NCBI RefSeq assembly: GCF_000981785.2
Contig: NZ_CP011304.1
Location: forward strand, 3,030,001 to 3,062,000
DNA: 32,000 bases
Direction of reading: 5' to 3'
Source: Microcystis aeruginosa NIES-2549
GTDB lineage: Bacteria > Cyanobacteriota > Cyanobacteriia > Cyanobacteriales > Microcystaceae
In this document: one piece after another, positions 1 to 8,278 of the stretch
Position numbering within the stretch: the stretch's first letter is position 1
Layout of the letters: the number at the start of each line of letters is the position of its first letter
Translations under genes and position numbers: made by a program
Notes under the pieces: model-generated
Database searches by the model: none
What the model was told of the DNA's origin: nothing
The model's input: the letters and a program-made list of their open reading frames with translations, nothing else

Positions 1-503
1 AAGAACCTCAAAAAATCTGGGTAGTTTTACAGTGGTTATCTACTGGGTTTCTCTGGAGTCAATGGTTAATGCAAGATTTTGCTAATATTTTCGCCTATCT
101 TCCCAGAAAGTTAGCGGCAACATGGTTAGTTTTATCTCTAACAGTTATGCTACTCCTGCAAACCATCATTTTTATTAATCATGGGGGTCAAATCGAGAAA
201 ATTGTCACTAGCAAAACTAACGCCCATGATCCGCGTTCTGCAACAATTATTAACCTAATTTATGGCTTAATTTTACTGTTTTTTGTTGGCTATAATCATA
301 TTCCCATGAGTACCACTTGGGTATTTTTAGGTTTATTAGGAGGTCGAGAAATTTCTCTGACTTTAACCAGAGAAACCCCTAATTTAGCCGCCACGGGTAA
401 ACTGGTGTTCGGGGATGCCTTGAAAGCTTTTATCGGTATGATTGTTAGTGTTGCTATCGCTCTTGCTTTACCTCTACTCGCTCAAAAACTTAACTATCTA
501 TAG
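1..503 (+). CDS. PiT/PHO4-like ion permease-type membrane protein, C-terminal part (5' end lies outside the window)
   Basis: The frame starting at base 3 is open up to the TAG at 501-503, with no stop upstream of the tracked ATG at 69, so the gene enters from the left edge. The product has several hydrophobic helices. IPMSTTWVFLGLLGGRE resembles the PiT-family PVSTTH-x-G motif. Confidence 0.6.
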   Translation, partial: EPQKIWVVLQWLSTGFLWSQWLMQDFANIFAYLPRKLAATWLVLSLTVMLLLQTIIFINHGGQIEKIVTSKTNAHDPRSATIINLIYGLILLFFVGYNHIPMSTTWVFLGLLGGREISLTLTRETPNLAATGKLVFGDALKAFIGMIVSVAIALALPLLAQKLNYL

Positions 504-528
504 GAAGTGGGGTGTGGGGAGAGGTAAA

Positions 529-1470
529 TTAAGAATAACAAGATTGGGGAGATAGGCGATCGATTGACGCTCCGGAGTGATAAAGTTTTCTATTACTGAT
601 AATCTCGAAATTATCATTCAACCAGATTAAAGATGCTTCTGTGACTAGACCTTCTTCAAGAGTGACTAGGGAAAAATTGCGAGATTTACCCCTATCGGAG
701 TGGAGAATGCGAGGGACACTCGCAGCATTCAGATAAACAGTTCCCATCTCGGAAGTGACCACGGGATTGCGTAAACGGGAAGTAGTATGACGGAGACGGT
801 GGTGCATATGACCGAAACTGACGAGAGGAACCTGTTTTCCTAATAGCTGTGCTTGTGCGATGGCCGCCGCTAAATCGGGATCCCCGTGGTCCCCTCCCAA
901 GGGTTGCCAATCGCGACCACAGATAGCTTCCGCTTCCTTTCCCAGTCCGGCTGGACCATTGTGACCTAAAAAAATCAGGTTATTATAGGCAGTATCTTGA
1001 ATATTAGCGATAATTTTGGCGGTAGATTCGGCAAAACTGCTGATATTATAGCGTTCTTGCAAAAATTCTCCATTTTTCCACTCGGATCCCCCCCAAGTAA
1101 AGGGACGACCCCCAACAATCGAAAGCTCTAAACTGGGTAGGTCTAGTTTTGAGTAACCCACATGGGCAACCCCTAATAATTCTAACTGGGCGGTGACACG
1201 ATCTTCTTGATCGCGATCGTAGGGACATTGCTTTCGTCCCCAGGGGGTGGCGCTATACCAAGCGTCATGATTACCGAGAATAACGGCTTTTGGTAAGGAC
1301 AAACTAGCAATCCGACCGACAATTTCTAGGGATTCATTGCCAAAATCGCCGACAAATAGGGCTAAATCCACTTGTAAAGCTTCTAGAGCTAAATTATCTT
1401 CTATTTCCCATTGGTCGTGAACGTCACCGATGACGGCGATTTTATAGGTGCGAGGGAAAGAACTTACCAT
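529..1470 (-). CDS. Calcineurin-like metallophosphoesterase
   Basis: 313 aa ORF with the metallophosphoesterase motif series: IGDVHD, VGDFGNE, LGNHD, GHNGP, FGHMHH. Confidence 0.85.
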   Translation of the reverse strand: MVSSFPRTYKIAVIGDVHDQWEIEDNLALEALQVDLALFVGDFGNESLEIVGRIASLSLPKAVILGNHDAWYSATPWGRKQCPYDRDQEDRVTAQLELLGVAHVGYSKLDLPSLELSIVGGRPFTWGGSEWKNGEFLQERYNISSFAESTAKIIANIQDTAYNNLIFLGHNGPAGLGKEAEAICGRDWQPLGGDHGDPDLAAAIAQAQLLGKQVPLVSFGHMHHRLRHTTSRLRNPVVTSEMGTVYLNAASVPRILHSDRGKSRNFSLVTLEEGLVTEASLIWLNDNFEIISNRKLYHSGASIDRLSPQSCYS

Positions 1471-1798
1471 TACCAGTTATCAACTATCATTTATCAGTAA
1501 CGATCATAACTAGGATTGGCCGAATAAATAGACCTCTTGCAAAAATCAAAAATCTTCCTTTAGGTGAGGAGTAAGGAGCCAGTAGTCAGTAGTCAGGAGA
1601 ATTAAGAATGAGCATTAATCAATTAAATGCTCTATTTAGTGATTTTATGCAATTTTATGCCTATTTTTCTCATTTTTGCCCTCTCAAAAATTAATTTTGC
1701 AAGAACTCTGGTAAAGATGTAAAGATTTCAAACAAAGTTACCCACAGTCATCGGTTTGTTTGTAAATTTAGATACAGAATTATCAGGGTGATCTGTGT

Positions 1799-1996
1799 AT
1801 GTCTTTACTACAATACCGCACTACTGCCGTTGTTACTTGCCCCCAAGCAAACACATGGGTACAACTCAGAATGCTTCCCTCTCCCTACAGCTTTGATGAA
1901 GCGCTACTACTCTGTGAACAGGATCAGGGACGTTGGGTGGCATGGATTCCCGATTTTGGCGAAATTATCTTGATCGAAGGACAATTTGAGGGATAA
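1799..1996 (+). CDS. Small hypothetical protein (65 aa)
   Basis: Protein-like composition (SFDEALLLCEQDQGRWVAWIPDFGEIILIEG). It ends 2 bp from the convergent desulfurase gene. A competing overlapping 61 aa frame looks less protein-like. No recognisable domain. Confidence 0.45.
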   Translation: MSLLQYRTTAVVTCPQANTWVQLRMLPSPYSFDEALLLCEQDQGRWVAWIPDFGEIILIEGQFEG

Positions 1997-1997
1997 A

Positions 1998-3164
1998 CTA
2001 ACTCTTGCTTACAATTAAAGCAGATAAACAGCGATCGATCACTTGTTTTAATACAAGCGCCGTCCAATCGATATCGGCTGCACTGGTGTCCCTTCCTAGG
2101 GTTAAACGAATTCCCGCCAATGCCTCTCGATCGCTGTAGCCCATAGCTTTTAAAATTGGACTAGGGGAAAGTTTGCCACTATGACAGGCGGATCCGGAAC
2201 TAATGCCGATTCCTGCTAAATTAAGCTGACGAACTAGCTGTTTTCCCGTGATGTGACTGTCATCGTCCGGACGGACAATAAAGCTGACGTGGTGGGGTAA
2301 ACGATAGAATCGGTCCCCCGTGGGCAGCAGATAAGGATAATCGGCTAAGAGGTCAAATAATCGATCTCGCAAGGCGATTAAACGCATTTTTTCGCTAATT
2401 AAGTCTTTTTGGGCTAATTCGGCCGCTAAACCGAAAGCGGCGATCGCTGGTACGGCTGGGGTTCCCGATCGCAGGCCTTTTTCCTGACCACCGCCCCGCA
2501 GTAATGGTAAAATATCGACACCTGCTCTGATGTATAAAGCCCCCGATCCTTGCATTCCATAAATTTTATGGCTAGAAAGAGATAATAAATCTACGGGCAG
2601 TTTCCGTACATCAATATCGCATCTTGCCGCCACCTGCACCGCATCGGTGTGAAAAAGCACTCCCCTTTCTCTGGCAATGCGGCCCAATTCTTCAATCGGT
2701 TGTAGGGTTCCCACCTCACTTTGTCCGTAAATAATGGAAATTAAGACCGTATCGCTTTGAATTGCGGCTTTTAGGTCTAAAGGATTAACCCTACCTTGAC
2801 GATTGACGGGAAGACGAGTAATTTGCCAACCTTGCTGCTCTAATTGTTTACAGGGTTCAGCGATCGCCGAATGTTCCACACTAGAAATAATTATATGACG
2901 GGGGCGGTTATACTGTTGAGCAACCCCGATAATCGCTAAATTATCGGCTTCCGTGCCGCCAGAAGTAAAGATAATCTGGTCTGGATTGGCATTAATTAAC
3001 CCTGCTACCTGTTCTCTGGCCATTTCGATGACTGTTGCCGTATCCTGTCCCCAAGTGTGTAAACTGGAGGGATTGCCCCAATGATGTTGGAGAATAGTGG
3101 CAACCCGCTCGATTACTTGGGGATGAGTGGGGGTAGTGGCACTATAGTCAAGATAAATTTGCAT
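1998..3164 (-). CDS. Cysteine desulfurase (NifS/IscS-type, class V aminotransferase)
   Basis: 388 aa. PLP-lysine motif SSHKIYG and active-site cysteine loop SSGSACHSG. The N-terminal IYLDYSATTP is typical of the family. Confidence 0.9.
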   Translation of the reverse strand: MQIYLDYSATTPTHPQVIERVATILQHHWGNPSSLHTWGQDTATVIEMAREQVAGLINANPDQIIFTSGGTEADNLAIIGVAQQYNRPRHIIISSVEHSAIAEPCKQLEQQGWQITRLPVNRQGRVNPLDLKAAIQSDTVLISIIYGQSEVGTLQPIEELGRIARERGVLFHTDAVQVAARCDIDVRKLPVDLLSLSSHKIYGMQGSGALYIRAGVDILPLLRGGGQEKGLRSGTPAVPAIAAFGLAAELAQKDLISEKMRLIALRDRLFDLLADYPYLLPTGDRFYRLPHHVSFIVRPDDDSHITGKQLVRQLNLAGIGISSGSACHSGKLSPSPILKAMGYSDREALAGIRLTLGRDTSAADIDWTALVLKQVIDRCLSALIVSKS

Positions 3165-3334
3165 TATTTTACAATCTGAGAAATGAGAGCCAAGACAGGC
3201 AGCTATTCTCAGTTTAGCGGCTTAGGTTTAACACTCGATCGATTGTCGGAGCAGTTCAATCATCCCCTGATAAAAATAGAGATGCCGATTAAAGCATCCC
3301 CACAGATCTGATTTTAGTTGTCAGCCTGGACTAA

Positions 3335-4579
3335 TCAATTCTGATTAGGGTCAGTGGCTGCGGCCATTTGCATTCTCTGTACCAGATTATCGAGGGCTAA
3401 TTCTAGATGTAAACCGGCATCTACGGCGGTCCAACCCTGTTCCGTTAGGTGTCGCCATTCAAAGTGTAGGTGCGGACCGGTAGAAAGTCCCGTACTACCC
3501 ACGCGACCGATAACCGCACCCTGTTCCACCCATTCTCCCGGTTTGACAGTAATTTCCGAAAGGTGGGCATAACGAGATTCTTGACTACCATCGAGGTGAC
3601 GTAAAATCACCGTTAATCCGTAACCTCCTAACCAGTCGGCGGTGGCCACTTCCCCCGCGTAGGCGGCTAATACAGGTGTTCCCATCGGTGCGCCTAAATC
3701 AGTACCCGCGTGCATGGCCCGATTCCCGCTGACTGGATGATTTCGCCACCCGAAAACCGAGGTAATTTGGGCGGGAAGGGCGAGGGGAAAAAGTAAATCG
3801 GTGCGTTGAGTTGGGTTAGAATCCGTGGGACTTAAACGGGTGGCCCGCTCATAGGTGGTCGCTTCGCTGATTGCTTCCACTTCTGCGCGAGTCACCGGGG
3901 CCAAAGCCAATTTTACGCCATTCCATTCCGGGGGATTGAGAGCCACTACCTGACTTGGAATCACCGTCGGGGCAGCCAGACGTACCTGGGCGCTAGAAGC
4001 GACGAGAGTGGGGGCATAACGACGCAGGGAATTATTAGCGATAACCGGCTGATTTCGGGGCTGCCGTCCTACTCGCACGGCCGGATTAGGATTGAGACGC
4101 ACCCGGGCCAGATTAACCGGGGGTAAGGGTTTGGCCACAGTGCTGACCGGCTGACGACGGGGGGACCGGGCCGCCAGATTACAGCTACCTCCTACCAGTT
4201 GACCATTTTGGGCGATCGTTTGGCAACCACTGCGGCGCTCGGTGACAACAACGGAACTGGGGGGGTTAAAGTTTCTGGTATCGATAAAATTATTTTTACC
4301 GCCGGCCCGGGGGGCAAGGGTAGGCATATCGGTTTGATGGTTTTCGGGGATAGCCAGACGGGGGGCAGGATTAGTATTTTCTTTGATAACGGGGGCTTTT
4401 AGAGTTGCGGCGGCATTTTCCACCACTGGGGTTTCGCTGCCAGTTTCGGAATTAGCGATCGCATTGGGAGCAAGAGTGATCAGACCGCTAATCACTAAAC
4501 CGAGACCACTGCATAAACTCAGCTTCTTTTTTAGCGATTTTCCTAGAAAAAGTTTCAATATCACCGATGAAGGATACAT
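3335..4579 (-). CDS. M23 (LytM-domain) metallopeptidase with N-terminal signal/anchor and a Pro-rich linker
   Basis: C-terminal HAGTDLGAPMGTPV ... GPHLHFE motifs of peptidase M23. Hydrophobic N-terminus LCSGLGLVISGLITLAPNAIA. Confidence 0.85.
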   Translation of the reverse strand: MYPSSVILKLFLGKSLKKKLSLCSGLGLVISGLITLAPNAIANSETGSETPVVENAAATLKAPVIKENTNPAPRLAIPENHQTDMPTLAPRAGGKNNFIDTRNFNPPSSVVVTERRSGCQTIAQNGQLVGGSCNLAARSPRRQPVSTVAKPLPPVNLARVRLNPNPAVRVGRQPRNQPVIANNSLRRYAPTLVASSAQVRLAAPTVIPSQVVALNPPEWNGVKLALAPVTRAEVEAISEATTYERATRLSPTDSNPTQRTDLLFPLALPAQITSVFGWRNHPVSGNRAMHAGTDLGAPMGTPVLAAYAGEVATADWLGGYGLTVILRHLDGSQESRYAHLSEITVKPGEWVEQGAVIGRVGSTGLSTGPHLHFEWRHLTEQGWTAVDAGLHLELALDNLVQRMQMAAATDPNQN

Positions 4580-4618
4580 AGGGCGGCCTCACTTCTCACA
4601 GTTTAGTCAAAAAAATAT

Positions 4619-5338
4619 TTAGACTTGATTATAGCCGAGACTGACCCTACCGGCCGGTATATCGATTTCGCTACTGGCATTGTCCGAGGTGAGTTTAACT
4701 TTTAATTCCCCTCGATCGCTTACCCCCGTTATTATGCCCTGATAGCCCTCGAAAAATATCTTTTGACCAAAATTGGCAAAAAGTTCTAAATAGGAGGCTA
4801 ATAGGGCTTTTATGCCGTGATTACAGTAATATTCATAGCCGTATAGGATAGCATCGCTGGTGACATCGGTTAATTGAGCGATCGAGGTGATTTTATTGCC
4901 GGCCAAAGCTTGTAAATTAATACCCGTGGGGGGGACAGGATTAAACCAATTGAGGCCCACTCCGATGACTGCTTGCGGGATTTTTTGACCCTGAATACGG
5001 GTTTCTAGGTTAATTCCCCCTAGTTTGCGCCCTAGTAATACTAAATCATTCGGCCATTTGATTTTAACGGGTATTTCCTGACAATTCAGGTGATAAGCGA
5101 TGCCCCAAACTGTAGCGAGAACGAGATGGGCAGATTTATCCACCTCTAAATCCAGATTTAACGCCAAAGATAAATATAATCCTCCCGGTTCAGAAATCCA
5201 TTCCCGTCCCCATTGTCCTCTCCCGGCACTTTGTTGACTAGCAGTCACCACAAAAGGCGGATTTTCCCCCAATGCTAATAATTGCCAAGCTTTAGTATTA
5301 GTGGAAGGTAATAGCTCAAAGTGATGGATTTTGGTCAT
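4619..5338 (-). CDS. birA: Biotin--[acetyl-CoA-carboxylase] ligase, short form without an N-terminal HTH
   Basis: 239 aa with the GRGQWGREW (GRGRxGR-type) motif and the KWPNDL motif. Confidence 0.85.
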   Translation of the reverse strand: MTKIHHFELLPSTNTKAWQLLALGENPPFVVTASQQSAGRGQWGREWISEPGGLYLSLALNLDLEVDKSAHLVLATVWGIAYHLNCQEIPVKIKWPNDLVLLGRKLGGINLETRIQGQKIPQAVIGVGLNWFNPVPPTGINLQALAGNKITSIAQLTDVTSDAILYGYEYYCNHGIKALLASYLELFANFGQKIFFEGYQGIITGVSDRGELKVKLTSDNASSEIDIPAGRVSLGYNQV

Positions 5339-5425
5339 AAATGGGGAGTGGGGAGTATTTTCAGTGTTGCCAAAGGCACGGCGTAGCCGTCCAGTAAACA
5401 GTAAACAGTTATCAGTGACCTGATA

Positions 5426-5464
5426 CTAAATCCGTTGAGTATAGGCTAAATATCAGGAGAGGCA
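5426..5464 (+). repeat. 39-bp direct repeat, left copy (CTAAATCCGTTGAGTATAGGCTAAATATCAGGAGAGGCA)
   Basis: Matches 5641-5679 with 2 mismatches. Confidence 0.9.
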
Positions 5465-5480
5465 CTCCTGCAAGTGGAGT

Positions 5481-5640
5481 GACTCTTAAATGATTACAGA
5501 TGTGTCAGCAGCTGCGTGTAAGCATCCCACCGAAAAACTAATGCGCGGGGGGTTTGGGGGCGGCGCCACGCCCCCAACGGGGGGTTTGGGGGGTAGAACC
5601 CCCCAAAAGCTTGGATTGAATGATCAAGTGGGAAGTAATG
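5481..5640 (+). repeat. Dual GC-hairpin repeat element, copy A
   Basis: Aligns with 28705-28870. Hairpin 1 is 5554-5562/5569-5577 and hairpin 2 is 5585-5593/5599-5607. Confidence 0.85.
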
Positions 5641-5679
5641 CTAAATCCGTTGAGTATAGGCTACATATCAGGACAGGCA
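5641..5679 (+). repeat. 39-bp direct repeat, right copy
   Basis: Matches 5426-5464. Confidence 0.9.
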
Positions 5680-5782
5680 AAAGGCAAGAGGCTTCGGCCG
5701 TGAGCTCAGCCGAACGGCAAAAGGCAAAAGAGGGAATAGATAATCAGTTTTTAATAACCGGATTGAGTATCAAAACTGACAT

Positions 5783-5817
5783 CTGATAACTGATCACTGA
5801 TCACTGATAACTGATTA
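5783..5817. repeat. Heptanucleotide tandem repeat (CTGATAA/CTGATCA)x5
   Basis: Read directly. The last unit supplies the stop codon of the 5815-6459 gene. Confidence 0.9.
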
Positions 5818-6459
5818 GGTGCAAGGAAGAGAACGCAGGTACTCACTGAGGTGGGAACGTAAACCGATGCCATGGAAAAGCGGGCCACGACTGCCTAATT
5901 CGACAATACTGACAGCGGCCACGGGCATTTCAAATCGATCGCGATAACGGCCCACATCGATGCCCATCAGACTACAGAGCATGATCCGGATGGTAGCCTT
6001 GTGGGAAACGATCAGGATATTGCCATCACTGTGGGTGTGTTCAATTTCCTCCAAAACGGCTGCGGAACGACGGGCGATATCGATCCCCCTTTCCCCGTTG
6101 GGGGGAGCATTCCAAGCCGGATCCGTCAACCAGCGCACATAGAGATCATGATATTGACGATCGATATCGTTGGGGTGCATACCTTCCCAAAGACCATAAC
6201 CGATCTCTTGTAATCCCTGGCGGATTTCTAATTTCAGTCCCACCGCTTCACAGAGGGGTTTAGCGGTTTGAATAGCTCTTTGTAGGGGACTGACGTAGGC
6301 TGCACGCCAAGGTAAAGAACGATAGACATCGGCGAATTCCTGCGCCATTTCGATGCCTTCGGCAGTCAAACCGGGGTCATTTTCTGGAGTACCACAGTAT
6401 CCTCCCGTTTTGCTATAGGCCGTTTGTCCGTGTCGCAGAAAATATAACATCAAGCACAT
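5815..6459 (-). CDS. Histidine phosphatase family protein (phosphoglycerate-mutase-like), paralog 1
   Basis: LYFLRHGQT (RHG catalytic motif) and the later VSHKATIR histidine. The start may instead be the internal Met at 6450. Confidence 0.85.
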   Translation of the reverse strand: MCLMLYFLRHGQTAYSKTGGYCGTPENDPGLTAEGIEMAQEFADVYRSLPWRAAYVSPLQRAIQTAKPLCEAVGLKLEIRQGLQEIGYGLWEGMHPNDIDRQYHDLYVRWLTDPAWNAPPNGERGIDIARRSAAVLEEIEHTHSDGNILIVSHKATIRIMLCSLMGIDVGRYRDRFEMPVAAVSIVELGSRGPLFHGIGLRSHLSEYLRSLPCT

Positions 6460-6508
6460 AGTTTTTCAGCAGACCAAATCCGGGGCTTCCCTTGTTACTG
6501 TTGACTGG

Positions 6509-7147
6509 TTAGGTTCCCGCTCGCCAGCGTAGGTCATTGCGGAGGTAAGAGCGATCGCCCATAACTTGAAAGAGGGGACCGTGTTCGGCTAATTCGACGA
6601 TCGTCACCGAGGCCACGGGCATGGCAATTCGATCGCGATAACGGCCGATATCAATGCCTAAAAGAGAACATAACATGATTCGGATCGTTGCTTTATGGGA
6701 AACGATCAAAATATGGCCATCATCGTGATTATGGTCGATTTCCTCTAATACTTCCGAACTGCGGCGAGCGATATCGATGCCTTTTTCGCCCCCCGTGGGA
6801 GAATTCCAGCCCGGATCTGCTAACCAGCGCACATAATCATCATGAAACTCCCGATTAACCTCGGCTGCGGTTTTTCCCTCCCATTGGCCGTAGGCAATCT
6901 CTTTTAATCCTTCCCGTTTCTGGATGGGAATCCCTAAGAGATCGCTTAAAGGGATGGCGGTGGCCAGGGTGCGCTTGAGGGGACTAGAATAGATCCCTGT
7001 CCAAGGCACATCTCGATAGACAAGGGCGAAATCCTTGGCCATTTCATCCCCGGCCGGGGTTAGTGGCAAGTCTAATCGACCGCAAAAACTACCCGCTTGA
7101 CTGGCTGTGGTTTCGCCATGACGCAAAAAGTAAAGTTTTAGACTCAT
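6509..7147 (-). CDS. Histidine phosphatase family protein, paralog 2
   Basis: LYFLRHGET and VSHKATIRIMLCSL motifs. By eye, about half or more of its positions match the neighbour. I prefer the ATG at 7147 (MSLKLYFLRHG) over the tracked start at 7165. Confidence 0.85.
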   Translation of the reverse strand: MSLKLYFLRHGETTASQAGSFCGRLDLPLTPAGDEMAKDFALVYRDVPWTGIYSSPLKRTLATAIPLSDLLGIPIQKREGLKEIAYGQWEGKTAAEVNREFHDDYVRWLADPGWNSPTGGEKGIDIARRSSEVLEEIDHNHDDGHILIVSHKATIRIMLCSLLGIDIGRYRDRIAMPVASVTIVELAEHGPLFQVMGDRSYLRNDLRWRAGT

Positions 7148-7419
7148 CTTTTGGGTGCATCTCAATATTTGTGACTCTCTCCCACTTATAGTGATAAGCA
7201 GAAGTTATTAAAAGAGGGCGAAGGCAATTCGCCGCGACAATCATCGGAAATTTTGGGTCTGAAACCCCGCCGTTCTAGGTTGGCTTTACGTTAGAATTAA
7301 AAGGCCAGTCTCGAAAACCAAGTGGACGGCGCAGCACCTTGAAAACTCGGCTTAGGGGGTTCCGACCAGAAAAGCTTGGCCGGGTAAAAAGTCGCGCGCA
7401 ACAAGTACAAGAAGCTATA

Positions 7420-7598
7420 GGCGGTCAACGTACCGTGGGACACACGGAATCGGGCTTCTGAAATGGGGCGAAAGTCTGTGGACTCTGTGTAAGACAGTAC
7501 ATGGTTTTTTAACTGTGGTATGCGACGGTGGTGGAAGCAGAAACTTAAATCGTGAGGTTTAGGAATCGCCGCACTTTTAGGGCGGCGAGGATGTCAAC
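7420..7598 (+). ncRNA. Orphan omega-RNA-like / IS right-end homolog (no adjacent tnpB)
   Basis: Collinear similarity to 20440-20570. GTACCGTGGGACACACGGAATC aligns with GTACGGTAGGGCATACCGAAAC. TGGGGCGAAAGTC..TGG aligns with TGGGGAGAGATTC..TGG. GAATC-hairpin-CGAGGATGTCAAC aligns with GAATC-hairpin-CGGGAGTGTCAAC. All frames contain stops. Confidence 0.4.
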
Positions 7599-7643
7599 CT
7601 TTTTACCTTTTGTTTCCCAGTAATTCTCTAAATTACCACTATA

Positions 7644-7688
7644 TTTAGGGTTTACTAAAAAAGTTTTTCCTGGGGGCGGGGTGTCGGG
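7644..7688 (-). mobile_element. Truncated copy of the same MITE family (heptamer-proximal end only)
   Basis: TTTAGGGTTTACTAAAAAAGTTTTTCCTGGGGGCGGGGTGTCGGG matches the end of copy B (AATAGGGTTTGCGGCAAAAAGTTTTTCGGTGGGGGTAGGGTGTGGGG). Confidence 0.55.
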
Positions 7689-7828
7689 AGACAAAACGAA
7701 AACTTTCTATCTCAGTCGGACAGCAAGCTGACTCAGCAATTGAAGCGAAAATTCTGCCATTCTCTAGGATGCCATTCCGGGTTAATCTGGGTTTTGTGAC
7801 AATTTATGGCTAAATTTTAAGAGGCAGT

Positions 7829-8278
7829 ATGGAACGCACTTTCTTAATGATTAAACCCGACGGTGTACAGCGCAATCTGGTGGGGGAAATTATTCAACGC
7901 TTTGAAGCTAAAGGTTTTACGCTGGTTGGGTTGAAAATGATGCAGGTTTCTAGCGAATTAGCGGAAAAACACTACGCTGTTCATAAAGAAAGACCCTTTT
8001 TCCGTTCTCTAGTCGATTTTATTACTTCCTCCCCCGTGGTGGCTATGGTTTGGCAAGGAGAAGGAGTAATTGCCTCCGCTAGAAAAATTATTGGCGCCAC
8101 TAATCCCCTCAATGCCGAACCGGGTACGATTCGCGGTGATTTTGGCATTAGTGTTGGACGCAATCTTATCCATGGTTCCGATGGTCCAGATACCGCCAAA
8201 GATGAAGTTAGTCTCTGGTTTAGCGATGCAGAATTGGCTAATTGGACTCCCGCCATCACTCCCTGGGTCGTAGAGTAA
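7829..8278 (+). CDS. ndk: Nucleoside diphosphate kinase
   Basis: 149 aa. [15 protein letters not shown] and the NLIHGSD active-site His motif. Confidence 0.95.
   Translation: MERTFLMIKPDGVQRNLVGEIIQRFEAKGFTLVGLKMMQVSSELAEKHYAVHKERPFFRSLVDFITSSPVVAMVWQGEGVIASARKIIGATNPLNAEPGTIRGDFGISVGRNLIHGSDGPDTAKDEVSLWFSDAELANWTPAITPWVVE

Noticed and set aside
692-1228. Internal alternative-frame same-strand ORFs within annotated genes (692-910, 1046-1228). Similar alternative-frame or antisense ORFs occur at 3354-3572, 4199-4622, 5960-6213, 7981-8481, 11153-12068, 13780-14205, 16031-16240, 17273-17506, 18609-18965, 22472-22678, 23680-23874, 24719-24946, 27445-27824 and 28302-28484.
   Set aside because: All are nested in or opposite strongly supported genes and have Arg/Ser/Pro-rich or otherwise non-protein-like composition typical of off-frame translation.
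1608-1694. 28-aa ORF (MSINQLNALFSDFMQFYAYFSHFCPLKN) with an AGGAG 8 nt upstream
   Set aside because: It sits inside a MITE-like fragment (AGGATTGGCCGAATAAAT… at about 1516, with the CTTGCAAAAAT/ATTTTGCAAG dyad). It is too short to support without conservation or ribosome-profiling data.
5490-5786. 98-aa plus-strand ORF (…GGFGGGATPPTGGLGGRTPQKLG…), and the 64-aa minus-strand ORF at 28712-28906
   Set aside because: Both are translations of the twin G/C hairpin repeat and lie on opposite strands in the two copies. That is incompatible with a conserved protein.
7200-7600. Possibility that the structured ndk-upstream region is RNase P RNA, tmRNA, SRP RNA or a group II intron
   Set aside because: GGGGCGAAAGTCTGTGG superficially recalls the RNase P GGAAAGTCCGGGC box. 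However, the other universal RNase P blocks (GGTAAGAGCGCACC-type, ACAGAACCCGGCTTA) are absent. I also see no tRNA-like end or tag ORF (tmRNA), no SRP domain IV motif, and no GUGYG 5' end or domain V. Similarity to the tnpB right end explains the region better.
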